Below are positions 38,402 to 48,059 of a stretch of DNA of 64,000 nt, one piece after another (the first letter of the stretch is position 1; the number at the start of each line of letters is the position of its first letter). The stretch comes from an uncultured delta proteobacterium. Lineage in GTDB: Bacteria; Myxococcota; Kuafuiibacteriia; Kuafuiibacteriales; Kuafuiibacteriaceae. Both the position numbers and the translations under genes were made by a program. The DNA lies in NCBI GenBank assembly GCA_963803435.1, contig CAWDML010000008.1:1-64000 (forward strand), in the 5' to 3' direction. The notes below the pieces were generated by a model. It ran no database searches and was not told where the DNA came from. It saw only the letters and a program-made list of their open reading frames with translations.

Positions 38402-41370
38402 GCGGCCGAACGCACCTCGGGCCGCGGTTCGTCGCCGAGCTGAAGCGGCGCGCCCTCCATCCGGACGCGGACATCCACCTCTTGATGGAGCAGTTCCGGA
38501 GCGACGTCGGTGCGCGCGTCCTGTACTCCGAGGGCGACGGTGAGCTCTCGATCCTCATCCCGCACCACGACGACGGCTTCGACCCGCCGAAGCGTCTCGA
38601 GCTGGCGCTGCAGCGCGATCTGACGGATGTCCTCGCCTCGGTCCCCAAGGAGGGCATCGTCGAGATCGCCGGCGAGAAGTTCAGCCGGTACGTGGTCGAA
38701 CCGCTGCGCCTCAAGAAGCGCGCTCACGGCGACACGGGCATCGGGATTCGGGGTGACGGATGGTCGCCCCTCGGCTTCGGCGGCTGGTTCTTCGAAGACC
38801 TGCGGCTCATGGTCGATCTGGCGACGCGCGAGGACGGATTCGAGATCCGTCCCGACGTCGAGATCGATCCCCGGGATCCGAGGTGGGTCCGCCTTGCGCC
38901 GGGTCAGAGGGCGGCGCTCGAGGACGCGCTCGGCCGCGTGGTTCCCGAGGTCATCCACGTCTCCGCGCTGGAGGAGGCGCTCGAGAAGGCCGACTCGCAG
39001 AACGGCGCGCTCTCCACGGCGCTGGCGGGGCTCGATCTCTCGCTGTCGCCGGCGGAGGCCTCGGAGGAGGTGGGGAGCGGCGCGCTCGGGGCCGTCCGTC
39101 CGATCCTCGAGGGGCTCTACGGAGAGGGCGCGCTCGATCAGGACCGGCCGTTCACCAAGGCCATCCTGACGCTCGCCGAGGATATTCTCCTCGATCGCGG
39201 GAGAGACGGCGATGCTGCCGCGATCCGTCTCGCGATCAGGGGTGAGGCCGTCAGCTCCGAGGCTGTCGTCTCGGCCGTGGGCCGCGCGCTCGGTGTGAGC
39301 TTCGCGAAGAGCCGGCAGGTGAGCATCGGGCTCCTCGATCGGACCATCGATCGCCAGGGCAAGGCGCTCGGCTTCGAGGCCGTGGAGAAGCTGCGGGATC
39401 TGCGGGCCGAGCTCGACCATCAGGCGCAGGTCGAGCTGCTCGGCGAGAACCTCGCGGATCGCACGGTCTCGACGCGCACCGCCGACAACGAGCTGCGGAC
39501 GCTCGCGAAGCACCTCAAGGGGCGGACGGGTGTCCCGGACAGCTTCGTCTTCGCGCTGGCTTCGCGCGTGCAGTCAGCCGTCAACGCGCCGAAGAAGCGA
39601 CCGCACGTGATCATCCTGGCCGGCCCGAGAGGTCCCGGCGTGGAGTCGGTGCTGGAGCGTGCGCTCGCCACCGTGCGCGGGCCGAAGTCGGATCGAGCGA
39701 CGCTCGCGATCCACGGCGACGAGCTCCGGCTGGACGATCCGGTCGGCTACTTGGTCGGGTCGCCGGCGGGGGAGGCGGGGGCGGCAAAGGGCCGTCTGAT
39801 CCAGGACGGACCCCGGTTGGGTGAGCGCCTGGTGGGGCGGATCGACGGGCTCGAGAAGATCGCCGCCAACATCGCCGACCCGGAGGCGCGCCAGCGCTCC
39901 GAGCGCGCATTCTGGGGATTCGTGGGTCAGATCGAGCAGGACGGCTGGTATCGCGGCTACGACCCCGACGTGCCCGAAGCGGCGGGCGGCGCGCGGATCG
40001 ATCTGGGCGGCGGGCTGCTGGTGCTCACCACGTCGCTCTCGGCGAAAGCGCTCGCGGAGCGGGTACCCGAGGACGTCTGGAATCAGCTCGCCCCTCACGT
40101 GATCGAGGCGGAGAAGAGCGACGCCGGTGCGATCTCGGTGGAGATCGCGGATGCCATCCGAGCCGCGGTCGTCGAGGCTGGCGGCTATCAGGACGCCGCC
40201 GTCGAGATGGGCGATCGGGCTCGCGCCATGATCCGCGATCTTCTGGACGCGGGAATGAAGCCCGACGCGCTTTCGCGGACGATGATCGATTTTCTCGTCG
40301 ATCGGGTGGCGTACGGTGCGCTCGAAGGCTCCCTCTCACCGAAGCTCCGGGTCGATCTGCACCGCGGCCTCACCTCGAGCGAGCGCGGGGAGGTGGTGAA
40401 GGGATGGAGCGCCGGTCGCTTCCCCTCGCTCGCCGGGATCGGCGGCTGCCCCTTCGTGCTGTACGACGAGGGTCGCTTCGAGGGCGCCGCGGCGCGCCCG
40501 TTCTCCGCGAAGATCATCAAGGAGGAGGCCGTCGAGCGAAAGGAGCTGGAGCGGCTCCGTGCGCTGGTCGCCGAATATCAGGTAGCGATGGCCGCCGGCG
40601 ATCGCGACAAGGCGGCGCTCCTCCTCGAGAATGGTCGGCTGGCCGAGTGGGTCGCCTCCGCCGAGGCACGCATCGACGAGAGCGCGTATCTCAATACGCT
40701 GCTCCGCGCGGAGAAGAAGGACCTCGAGCATCTCAACAAGATCGCAGAGGCGACGATCGCGGGGCTCCAGACGGATCTGGCCGCAGCCAACAGTCGTATC
40801 GACGCTCTCAACGCCGATCTGGCCCAGGCCAAGTCGGCGGCGAAGGCGATCAAATCGCAGCTCGACGTCGCGGTGGCGGAGCGAGATCAGATCCTGCGCG
40901 CGCTGCGGGCCACTGAGGCGCAGTTCGAGCAGGCGGTCCGGAGCGTAGGTGACGGCGCGGCGGGCCGCGACCCAAACGACGTCTTCAAGCAGATCATCGC
41001 GAACACCGCCGCGGGCGGGAGCGCGGGTCGCTACCAGCGTCCGATGCTGGAGCAGATGCACCTGGTCGCGACCTCGCAGGCGCTCGAGCGTGCGGGCCGG
41101 ATGGCGCACGACTTCAACAAGTGGCGGGAGATCTCGGAGATGGCAAGGAACTACGTGGCGTCGAGCAACGCGCTCGGCGTGCCGGTGGATCGACGTGTCA
41201 TGGAAGGGTTCGAGCGGGCGGCCCGTCTCTCGGGCAACGGCTGGGAGCGCAACCTCAACGACGCCTGGCAGCGCGACGTCGGGATCCCCACCACGGGCGT
41301 CGGTCGCGACCCGAACGTCGTCGGCCATCTCTTGCGGCAGCTGGCGCGGCTCGGTCGCGTGCGTTTGTGA
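38398..41370 (+). CDS. 990 aa protein with degenerate Clp D2-type AAA+ module and long coiled coil
   Basis: PKKRPHVIILAGPRGPGVE, YLVGSPAGEAG, GRIDGLEK, QIEQDG, IDLGGGLLVLTTS follow the Clp D2 motif order without catalytic Lys; heptad-rich segment at about 40530-40940. Confidence 0.7.
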   Translation: MSGRTHLGPRFVAELKRRALHPDADIHLLMEQFRSDVGARVLYSEGDGELSILIPHHDDGFDPPKRLELALQRDLTDVLASVPKEGIVEIAGEKFSRYVVEPLRLKKRAHGDTGIGIRGDGWSPLGFGGWFFEDLRLMVDLATREDGFEIRPDVEIDPRDPRWVRLAPGQRAALEDALGRVVPEVIHVSALEEALEKADSQNGALSTALAGLDLSLSPAEASEEVGSGALGAVRPILEGLYGEGALDQDRPFTKAILTLAEDILLDRGRDGDAAAIRLAIRGEAVSSEAVVSAVGRALGVSFAKSRQVSIGLLDRTIDRQGKALGFEAVEKLRDLRAELDHQAQVELLGENLADRTVSTRTADNELRTLAKHLKGRTGVPDSFVFALASRVQSAVNAPKKRPHVIILAGPRGPGVESVLERALATVRGPKSDRATLAIHGDELRLDDPVGYLVGSPAGEAGAAKGRLIQDGPRLGERLVGRIDGLEKIAANIADPEARQRSERAFWGFVGQIEQDGWYRGYDPDVPEAAGGARIDLGGGLLVLTTSLSAKALAERVPEDVWNQLAPHVIEAEKSDAGAISVEIADAIRAAVVEAGGYQDAAVEMGDRARAMIRDLLDAGMKPDALSRTMIDFLVDRVAYGALEGSLSPKLRVDLHRGLTSSERGEVVKGWSAGRFPSLAGIGGCPFVLYDEGRFEGAAARPFSAKIIKEEAVERKELERLRALVAEYQVAMAAGDRDKAALLLENGRLAEWVASAEARIDESAYLNTLLRAEKKDLEHLNKIAEATIAGLQTDLAAANSRIDALNADLAQAKSAAKAIKSQLDVAVAERDQILRALRATEAQFEQAVRSVGDGAAGRDPNDVFKQIIANTAAGGSAGRYQRPMLEQMHLVATSQALERAGRMAHDFNKWREISEMARNYVASSNALGVPVDRRVMEGFERAARLSGNGWERNLNDAWQRDVGIPTTGVGRDPNVVGHLLRQLARLGRVRL

Positions 41371-41390
41371 AGGTTTGAAGGAGCAGGGTC

Positions 41391-42134
41391 ATGTCGAGAA
41401 CAGTCTATATCGACGGGCGTGCGGTCTTACTGAACGACTGCCATCGCATCATCAACTCGGCGGTCGAGGAGCTCAGCGCCCGTCGCTCGCAGGTGAACTG
41501 CGGCCATGCCGACGTGATCCGGAGCCACATCGACGTCACGGATGCGGTCAAGGCGTTCGAGGCGGCGCGCTATCAGGACAAGATGGAGGTCAAGGACACC
41601 AACGAGCTCCAGGCCAAGCTGACGCGCGACACGCCCGACTACAGCGTCGAAGCGCTCGGCGACTGGAAGCCGGACATGAGCGTTCCCCCGATCGAGGTGG
41701 AGGAGGAGACGCCGATCGACGGGCGCAGGCTGTACAAGATGCTCGACGTGCCGGCGCTCGACGATCCGGACGTCGGCGTCACCGGCGTCACCATGAGCGT
41801 ATTCGAGGTGGACGACGGCGGTGGAGGGGTCTCGTACGAGATCGGTCTCGACTCGATCCTCTACGACCAGGACGGCAACTGGAAGAGCAACAAGGCCAAG
41901 TCCGTGTGGGAGGCCTGGCTGGCGAAACGGCTGGACGAGGAGAAGGAGAGCGGGGGAGAGGCTGAGAAGGTGGAGCCTTCGCGCGCGGCGGCGGCCATGC
42001 GGGTGGCCGGGCTCGATCAGCGAAGGAAGCAGCGGATTCCGGGCGGACGCACGCAGACGGTGTACGGTACCGGAGCCGCTCCGGAGGTGACGACGACGAT
42101 GCCGGCCGCCCAGAAGTTCCGTGTCGGTGAGTGA
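41391..42134 (+). CDS. Hypothetical acidic protein (247 aa)
   Basis: RBS aaggag upstream; host-like codons; no family recognised. Confidence 0.75.
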   Translation: MSRTVYIDGRAVLLNDCHRIINSAVEELSARRSQVNCGHADVIRSHIDVTDAVKAFEAARYQDKMEVKDTNELQAKLTRDTPDYSVEALGDWKPDMSVPPIEVEEETPIDGRRLYKMLDVPALDDPDVGVTGVTMSVFEVDDGGGGVSYEIGLDSILYDQDGNWKSNKAKSVWEAWLAKRLDEEKESGGEAEKVEPSRAAAAMRVAGLDQRRKQRIPGGRTQTVYGTGAAPEVTTTMPAAQKFRVGE

Positions 42135-42137
42135 GCG

Positions 42138-44051
42138 ATGTCCGACATCAAGAAGCACATCTCGAATCGGCTCGGCGCCTCGGGGCTGACGCCGAAGGAC
42201 ATGGAGAAGCCGGGTGCCCACGTGATGGTCACCGACGGCGAGGATCTCCACGTGCTGGTGGCCAAGTCGGAGTCGAGTCAGGCGATCGACGCGCTCGAGG
42301 CCGAGGTCCCCGGATACGCGGGGCGGCTCGCCGTCAGCGAGGAGGCGCCCCTCGATCTGGGTGATCTCGGTGAGTGGCGTGACTTCGCTGTGAAGGGGCT
42401 CTCCAACGAGCAGCTCGAGCGGCTCGCTGAGAAGAGCGCCGAGCTCCGGATCTTCGCGGCCGCGAAGGACGGTGAGGCGATGCCGCCCTTCTATGCCTCC
42501 GTGGATCTGGCGTTCGCGATGGCGGAGGTGATCGGACGAGGCGTGCTCGCGGTGCGACCGATTCCCCCGGGCGAGCGAGACGGCAAGTCGTTCGTCGCGG
42601 TGACACCCGGCCAGCGACGGGTGATCCATACCCTCACGCAGCGCTGGGTCGACGATACGGTACCTGAGGAGACCTGGTTCAAGGCCGCGGAGGCCTGGAG
42701 ACAGCTGCAGGCGGACGTCTACGACACCGGCCTCATCGGCGCGCTGACCCTGGGGCTCGCGCCCGATCGTCCCGAGGCGCCGCATCGCGAGGTACCCGGC
42801 GATAGCGCCGCCGCAAAATCGATGCACGGCCTGTCCGCGGACACGGTCGACTATCTCGAGGAGCAGCAGCTCGAGATTCCGCCGAAGAAGGCGAGCATCA
42901 CCTGGGTGGAGGAGACGATCGATCGGCTCCAGGATGCGCCTGAGCGCGTGGTGTTGGACCTGCGGGAGCTGCTGGGGAGACTTCACGACGCGCGCGAGCG
43001 GGAGGCCGACGACATGTTCGCGGTCGACGCCGGTGATCCGAAGGCGCGGCCGGCGGAGATCGTCTACGAGGGTCAGCGGTCGACCAAGCGGGCCCGTCTC
43101 GGGGTGCTCTCCCAGCTGGAGAAGGGCCTCGACGGGCTCGGCGTTCCCGACGAGGTCGAGCGCGCGCTCGCCGAGCAGCTGGCGATCGCGATGGAGCCGC
43201 GGAAGAAGCCCAGCCTGATCCTGGTGGCGGGGCCGAAGGGCTCGGCGGCCGAGCCGCTGTTCGAGCTGGCCGTCGAGCTGTGCGGAAAGAAGCCGCTGCG
43301 GATCCAAGGTGGTGACCTGGCCGAGCCTGGCTGGGCGATGCTGTTCGGGCACAACCGCGGCTTCCCCACCGAGGGCGACGCCTGGCTCTCGGCCGCCAAC
43401 ATCGCCGACCACCGGGAGACCGCGGCCGATCCCGCGCCCATCACGTTCGAGAACCTCAAGTCGGCCGGCTCCCAGGAGCCCGAGGACCAGGCGCACCACC
43501 AGCGCGATCTCTTGGGCCGCATCGTGGAGTGGCTGGGCCGCGGCTTCGTCAACGTCTACGCCAAGCAGGGTCGCGCGGCGGCGAAGCAACAGGAGACCTC
43601 GCTGGCCGGCGTGGTGTTCCTCGCTCGCTGGGAGGGCCCGGCGCGCGAGCTCCGGGATCTACTCGATGGATCGGAGGAGCTCGCGCACCTCGCGGATCAC
43701 GTGATCGGCCTCGACCCGATGCGTCCCGAGCATGCGGTCAACGATCTGATCCGCCGCGCCACCTTCGACGTGCGCCAGCACTTCGGCCCGAAGGGCTGCA
43801 CGCTCGAGCTCGACACGGCAGCGCGCTCCGGCCTCGAGAAAGCCTTCAGGGCGCTCGGACCGGCTCGCGCGCTCGAGGTCTTCCTGGGCCCCCTGACGCG
43901 CGACGTCGGCGACGCGATCAAGGGCGCTCCTGCGACCAAGTACGAGATCGTGTGGAGCAACCGGTTGACCACGCGCGAGAAGGCCGGCCTCGAACAAGGA
44001 AAGCCGCCCGAGGGCGCGGTGTCGCGCTGGTTCGGGGTCAAGGCAGGTTGA
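42138..44051 (+). CDS. 637 aa protein with degenerate Clp D2 AAA+ module and lid domain
   Basis: PRKKPSLILVAGPKGSAAE, LFGHNRGF, ITFENLKSA, SLAGVVFLA, DHVIGLDPM, TLELDTAARSGL, GPARAL parallel the ClpB D2 and D2-small domains. Confidence 0.7.
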   Translation: MSDIKKHISNRLGASGLTPKDMEKPGAHVMVTDGEDLHVLVAKSESSQAIDALEAEVPGYAGRLAVSEEAPLDLGDLGEWRDFAVKGLSNEQLERLAEKSAELRIFAAAKDGEAMPPFYASVDLAFAMAEVIGRGVLAVRPIPPGERDGKSFVAVTPGQRRVIHTLTQRWVDDTVPEETWFKAAEAWRQLQADVYDTGLIGALTLGLAPDRPEAPHREVPGDSAAAKSMHGLSADTVDYLEEQQLEIPPKKASITWVEETIDRLQDAPERVVLDLRELLGRLHDAREREADDMFAVDAGDPKARPAEIVYEGQRSTKRARLGVLSQLEKGLDGLGVPDEVERALAEQLAIAMEPRKKPSLILVAGPKGSAAEPLFELAVELCGKKPLRIQGGDLAEPGWAMLFGHNRGFPTEGDAWLSAANIADHRETAADPAPITFENLKSAGSQEPEDQAHHQRDLLGRIVEWLGRGFVNVYAKQGRAAAKQQETSLAGVVFLARWEGPARELRDLLDGSEELAHLADHVIGLDPMRPEHAVNDLIRRATFDVRQHFGPKGCTLELDTAARSGLEKAFRALGPARALEVFLGPLTRDVGDAIKGAPATKYEIVWSNRLTTREKAGLEQGKPPEGAVSRWFGVKAG

Positions 44052-44054
44052 CGC

Positions 44055-45077
44055 ATGGTCGCGGTCGATCTCGACAAGGAACCGCTCTCGATCTCCGTCG
44101 TGGAGCACGACAACGGACGCGTCAGCTTCTCCGACGTCCCCGACCGTCTCATCCCCGCGCTCGTCTCGGCGTACGGCGAGGAGAAGGTTGCCCACTGCAT
44201 CAGCCCCTCCGACCCGGAGCGCGAGCTTTGGATGTCGCTGCCGGTGATGACCAAGCAACCGTTCCCCCGCTTCACGAAGATCTTCCACTCCGGCGAGCTC
44301 GAAGAGCGCGTGCGCGAGCTCGACGCCCAAGGCCGCACCAACGGGCGCGCCGCCTACTTCATGACCGCGATCAACCTCTCCGACGAGCCCGTCCTCGGCA
44401 AGACCGGCGTCATCTACTTCGTCTGCCGCAAGGGCTGCCACTTCTGTCAGTACCGCGGGTTCGAGGAGCGCACCCTCTCCGCCGAGGAGATCGCCGACCG
44501 CATGCTCGCGCTTCAGGCCGGCGGCGCCGACAACATCCAGCTCCTCTCACCGACCTCCTACACACCGCTCCTGGTGAAGGCGATCTTCCTCGCCGCCGGC
44601 CGCGGTCTCTCCCTCCCCATCGTCCACAAGAGCGAAGGCGAGGACCCTCTCCCCGACCTCGCCCTCCTCGACGGCCTCGTCGACATGTACCTGCCCGACA
44701 TCAAGTTCATCCGCCCCGAACAAGCCGCCCGCATCGGCCTCTCCGAGCGCTACCCCGAGCGCATGCAGGCCTGCATCCGCGAGATGTACCGCCAGGTCGG
44801 CCGCCTCCACCGCCGCACCGACGACGCCCTCCTCCACGGCCCCGGCCTATTGATCCGCCACCTCCTCATGCCCGGCGGCGTCTCCGAGCTCCGCGCCGTC
44901 CTCGAGATGGTGAAGGCCCTCGACGACGACATCCCGGTCCACGTGATGACCGGCTACGAGCCCCTGCACGAGGCGACGAACGTGCCAGGGATCGATCGCC
45001 CCGTCACCGCCGCCGAGGTGTTCGCGGCCACGAAGGCGTCCGAGCAGATGGAGCTCGGGTACGTGCTGGTGCGGTGA
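44055..45077 (+). CDS. Radical SAM protein, PflX-like
   Basis: TGVIYFVCRKGCHFCQY (CxxxCxxC), GADNIQLLSPT, LDGLVDMYLPDIKF, EMYRQVG, GLLIRHLLMPG. Confidence 0.9.
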   Translation: MVAVDLDKEPLSISVVEHDNGRVSFSDVPDRLIPALVSAYGEEKVAHCISPSDPERELWMSLPVMTKQPFPRFTKIFHSGELEERVRELDAQGRTNGRAAYFMTAINLSDEPVLGKTGVIYFVCRKGCHFCQYRGFEERTLSAEEIADRMLALQAGGADNIQLLSPTSYTPLLVKAIFLAAGRGLSLPIVHKSEGEDPLPDLALLDGLVDMYLPDIKFIRPEQAARIGLSERYPERMQACIREMYRQVGRLHRRTDDALLHGPGLLIRHLLMPGGVSELRAVLEMVKALDDDIPVHVMTGYEPLHEATNVPGIDRPVTAAEVFAATKASEQMELGYVLVR

Positions 45078-45084
45078 GCATCGG

Positions 45085-47334
45085 TTAGAAGGAGACAGGC
45101 CCACCGGATCCCGCGAACGATCCGGGGAGCTGTCCGATCGGAGTTGTATTACCGTAGCCGAGCTGGCCCTCGTTCGCTCGACCCCAACAATAGACCTCGG
45201 CGGCCGTCGACATCCCGCAGGTGTGTGAGCCGCCCGGGATAGCGAGGCGCATGTTCTGGAGCGGAAGGTCGCTGATCACGTCCTGGGGTTCATCGCCGAG
45301 ATTTTCGATGCTTCCGTAGCCGATCTGACCTTGGTTCCCGCGGCCCCAACAGCGCACCGTCCCAGTGTTCAGCACCACGCAGTTGTGGTGGTCTTCGCTG
45401 ACCAGCCGGCTGACGATCACGTTACCGAGCATTACTGGGGCCGTCGGCGGAACGAGCAGATCGGCGACATCGTTGTTCCCGAGTTGTCCGAAGGATCCAC
45501 GTCCCCAGCACCGCACCGTGGCGTCGGACATGAGAGCGCAGGTGTGCTGTCCGCCCGCCGAGATTTGAGCAACCGTGCCTTGGATCTGGATGTCGGTGCC
45601 GACCTCGTTAGGATCGTCGCCTAGATTGTTTCTGTGTCCGTATCCGAGTTGACCATACTCGTTGTTGCCCCAGCAACGGATCGCACCTGAGGCGAGGCGC
45701 GCGCAGGTGTGGAAGCTCCCCGCATCCACTTGAACCGCGGGTGCGCCCAATGGCACCGAGTCGTTCAGGGATGCGCAGGTGACGGTTCCGTCCCCGACGT
45801 TGGCGGGACAGCCATAACCCAGCTGTCCGGAATCGCCGCGACCCCAGCACCGGACGTCACCATTGGTGAGAAGCGCGCAGGTGTGCTCGCCGGAGCAGGT
45901 GATCTGAGTTGCCGGCGCATTGAGGGCTGCGTTGGTGAGGATATGCGTCTCGCTCGCGTCGTCGCCGATGTTTTGATTGTGGTTGAGGCCGAGCTGTCCG
46001 TCGAAGTTCTCGCCCCAGCAACGAACTTGGCCGCCGTCAAGGAGAGCGCAGGTGTGGAGGGCGCCCGCGCATAGCCCCTTGATGGTTGGTGGGATGTCGA
46101 TCGGCGGCGCCGAGCTTGGAAGCTCATCATCACCGATCGTTTCGGTGTGGCCGAGCCCGAGCTGACCGCTCGCGTTGTAGCCCCAGCAGCGGAGCACACC
46201 GTCGGAACGTAGCGCGCATGCGTGGGCACCGCCGACAGTGAGCAGTGGAACCCTCTCGAACGTCGCACTGACCTGCGAAGGCTCGGTGAGGGTCACCTGG
46301 CACATGGGGCCGGTCCCAGTGCAGGCGTTCGACCAGCGGGTGAACCGCACGCTCTCATTCGGCACGACGGAAAGGGAGACCACGGTGTCGTGCTCGAAGC
46401 TCGCGGTACACTGTGGGGGGCAGCTGATGCCGGAGGGGATCGAAGTGATCGTTCCTCGACCCGGACCGTCTTGAACGATCGTGAGGTCGTGGGTGGCCAC
46501 GTCAAAGCGCGCGGAGAGCGAACGAGCAGAATCCATGGTCAGCGTGCACTCGGCTGTGCCTGGGCACTCGGCAGCGTCCCATCCTGCGAAAGTCGATCGT
46601 GCATCGGGCGTTGCGACCAGCGTGACACTGGAGCCGGCGAGATAGCTGTCCGTGCAAACTCCTGGGCAGGAGATGGCTCCGGTTTGGGCCACGACCGAAC
46701 CGGCACCCTGCCCGTCGATGCTGACGTTCAGGGAGCGCAGGCCGAGATCGAACGCTGCGCCGATGGACTTCTGCCCATCGACGACCAGATCGCAGATGGC
46801 GTCTGTGCCGGTGCAGTCACCCGACCAACCTCCAAAGCTCGACGCTCCGACCGGCGCCGCGGTGAGTCGGATCCTCGATCCAACCTCCCAGTCTTGGCTG
46901 CAGTCGGACCCGCAGTCGATGCCAGACAAGTTGGAGGTGACGTTGCCCTGGCCGTCCCCTGTCCGTTCGACGCGAACGGAATACTTCATGAGCTCGAAGG
47001 TGACAGCGATCGAGATGTCGCGATCGAGCGTGATCGTGCAGCGGCTATCGTCCTCACACGCCGCGAGGGACCAGCCGGCCGAGATCGAGGTGCCGTTCGG
47101 AACTGCGGTCAACGTGAGCTCGGTGCCGAGCGGATAGGTGTGGGCGCATTGCTCCGGGCAGGAGAGCTCCCCGTCTCCCGAGGTCACGTGGCCGGCTCCA
47201 TTTCCGGCGAGCACAATCTCGATCTGGGCGTGGCGGCTTTCGGCGTCTGTCAGACCCGCATCGGCGCCGTCCGGCGGGATGAGGACGGTGCCGCAGCCGG
47301 TCGAGAGCAGGACGGAGAGGCATAGCCGGTGCAC
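45085..47334 (-). CDS. Lipoprotein with four InlB B-repeat-like Ig domains and an RCC1 propeller
   Basis: LSTGC lipobox; GxGxV(T)S...C...C...LTA.P...F.GW...C repeats; HTCA...VRCWG.(N/G)..GQLG RCC1 repeats. Start estimated. Confidence 0.88.
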   Translation of the reverse strand: MHRLCLSVLLSTGCGTVLIPPDGADAGLTDAESRHAQIEIVLAGNGAGHVTSGDGELSCPEQCAHTYPLGTELTLTAVPNGTSISAGWSLAACEDDSRCTITLDRDISIAVTFELMKYSVRVERTGDGQGNVTSNLSGIDCGSDCSQDWEVGSRIRLTAAPVGASSFGGWSGDCTGTDAICDLVVDGQKSIGAAFDLGLRSLNVSIDGQGAGSVVAQTGAISCPGVCTDSYLAGSSVTLVATPDARSTFAGWDAAECPGTAECTLTMDSARSLSARFDVATHDLTIVQDGPGRGTITSIPSGISCPPQCTASFEHDTVVSLSVVPNESVRFTRWSNACTGTGPMCQVTLTEPSQVSATFERVPLLTVGGAHACALRSDGVLRCWGYNASGQLGLGHTETIGDDELPSSAPPIDIPPTIKGLCAGALHTCALLDGGQVRCWGENFDGQLGLNHNQNIGDDASETHILTNAALNAPATQITCSGEHTCALLTNGDVRCWGRGDSGQLGYGCPANVGDGTVTCASLNDSVPLGAPAVQVDAGSFHTCARLASGAIRCWGNNEYGQLGYGHRNNLGDDPNEVGTDIQIQGTVAQISAGGQHTCALMSDATVRCWGRGSFGQLGNNDVADLLVPPTAPVMLGNVIVSRLVSEDHHNCVVLNTGTVRCWGRGNQGQIGYGSIENLGDEPQDVISDLPLQNMRLAIPGGSHTCGMSTAAEVYCWGRANEGQLGYGNTTPIGQLPGSFAGSGGPVSF

Positions 47335-47427
47335 GGGCGGGCGGAGAACATGGTCCACGGAAAACGCGAACGCAAGAAGAGATCCGGGCGAGTGGGCTGG
47401 CCCTTGGGCCAAGTGTGCGGATTTGTC

Positions 47428-47470
47428 CGGCGGACGAACGGACGAACGAACGGACGGACGGACGTCGGGC
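47428..47470. repeat. (GGAC/GAAC)n tetranucleotide tract in a divergent intergenic region
   Basis: cggcggacgaacggacgaacgaacggacggacggacgtcgggc read directly. Confidence 0.7.
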
Positions 47471-47510
47471 GGGTGAGGACTCGGGCGCGGGCTCTGGTAG
47501 CGTGGTGGAG

Positions 47511-48059
47511 GTGAACGGGTGTCGGATCAACGTGCTGGGCGCGTCTGGGAGTGGGACCTCGAGCCTAGGGCGGGCGCTGGCGGGGCGGCTCTCGATCGCG
47601 CACTTCGAGTCCGATGACTACTTTCATGCCGAGAGCGATCCGCCGTTCACGCGGCCGCGGGGGGCCGAGGACCGGTATGCGCGGATGATGGCGGACCTGG
47701 GTTCGGTGGAGAGCTGGGTCCTGTCGGGGGGCGTGGCGGGGTGGAGCCCGTACCCGGAGCTCGACTTCACGATGATCGTCTTTCTCGTGGTGCCGACCGA
47801 GGTGCGACTCGAGCGGTTGCGGGCGCGGGAGCGGGCGCGCTTCGGGGCGCGGGTGCTGGCGGGGGGCGACATGTTCGAGCTGCACGAAGAGTTCATCGCT
47901 TGGGCTGCGGGCTATGACGCAGGGGACGTCGAAGGGAAGACGTTGTCGCGGCACGAGGCGTACCTCGCGGAGCAGCGTTGTCCGGTGCGGGTGGTTCGGG
48001 GCGTGCGAGCGTTGGCGGAGATCGCGGATGAGGTGATGGGGGCGCTCAGGTCGGAGTGA
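47511..48059 (+). CDS. Adenylate-kinase-like P-loop protein (FlaR/topology-modulation-like)
   Basis: RINVLGASGSGTSSLGRALA, DDYF, WVLSG, RLERLRARERARFG. Confidence 0.8.
   Translation: MNGCRINVLGASGSGTSSLGRALAGRLSIAHFESDDYFHAESDPPFTRPRGAEDRYARMMADLGSVESWVLSGGVAGWSPYPELDFTMIVFLVVPTEVRLERLRARERARFGARVLAGGDMFELHEEFIAWAAGYDAGDVEGKTLSRHEAYLAEQRCPVRVVRGVRALAEIADEVMGALRSE

Noticed and set aside
19385-45077. Prophage or integrative element carrying the operon
   Set aside because: No integrase, transposase, tRNA target or flanking direct repeats recognised; most of the operon has host-like codon use.
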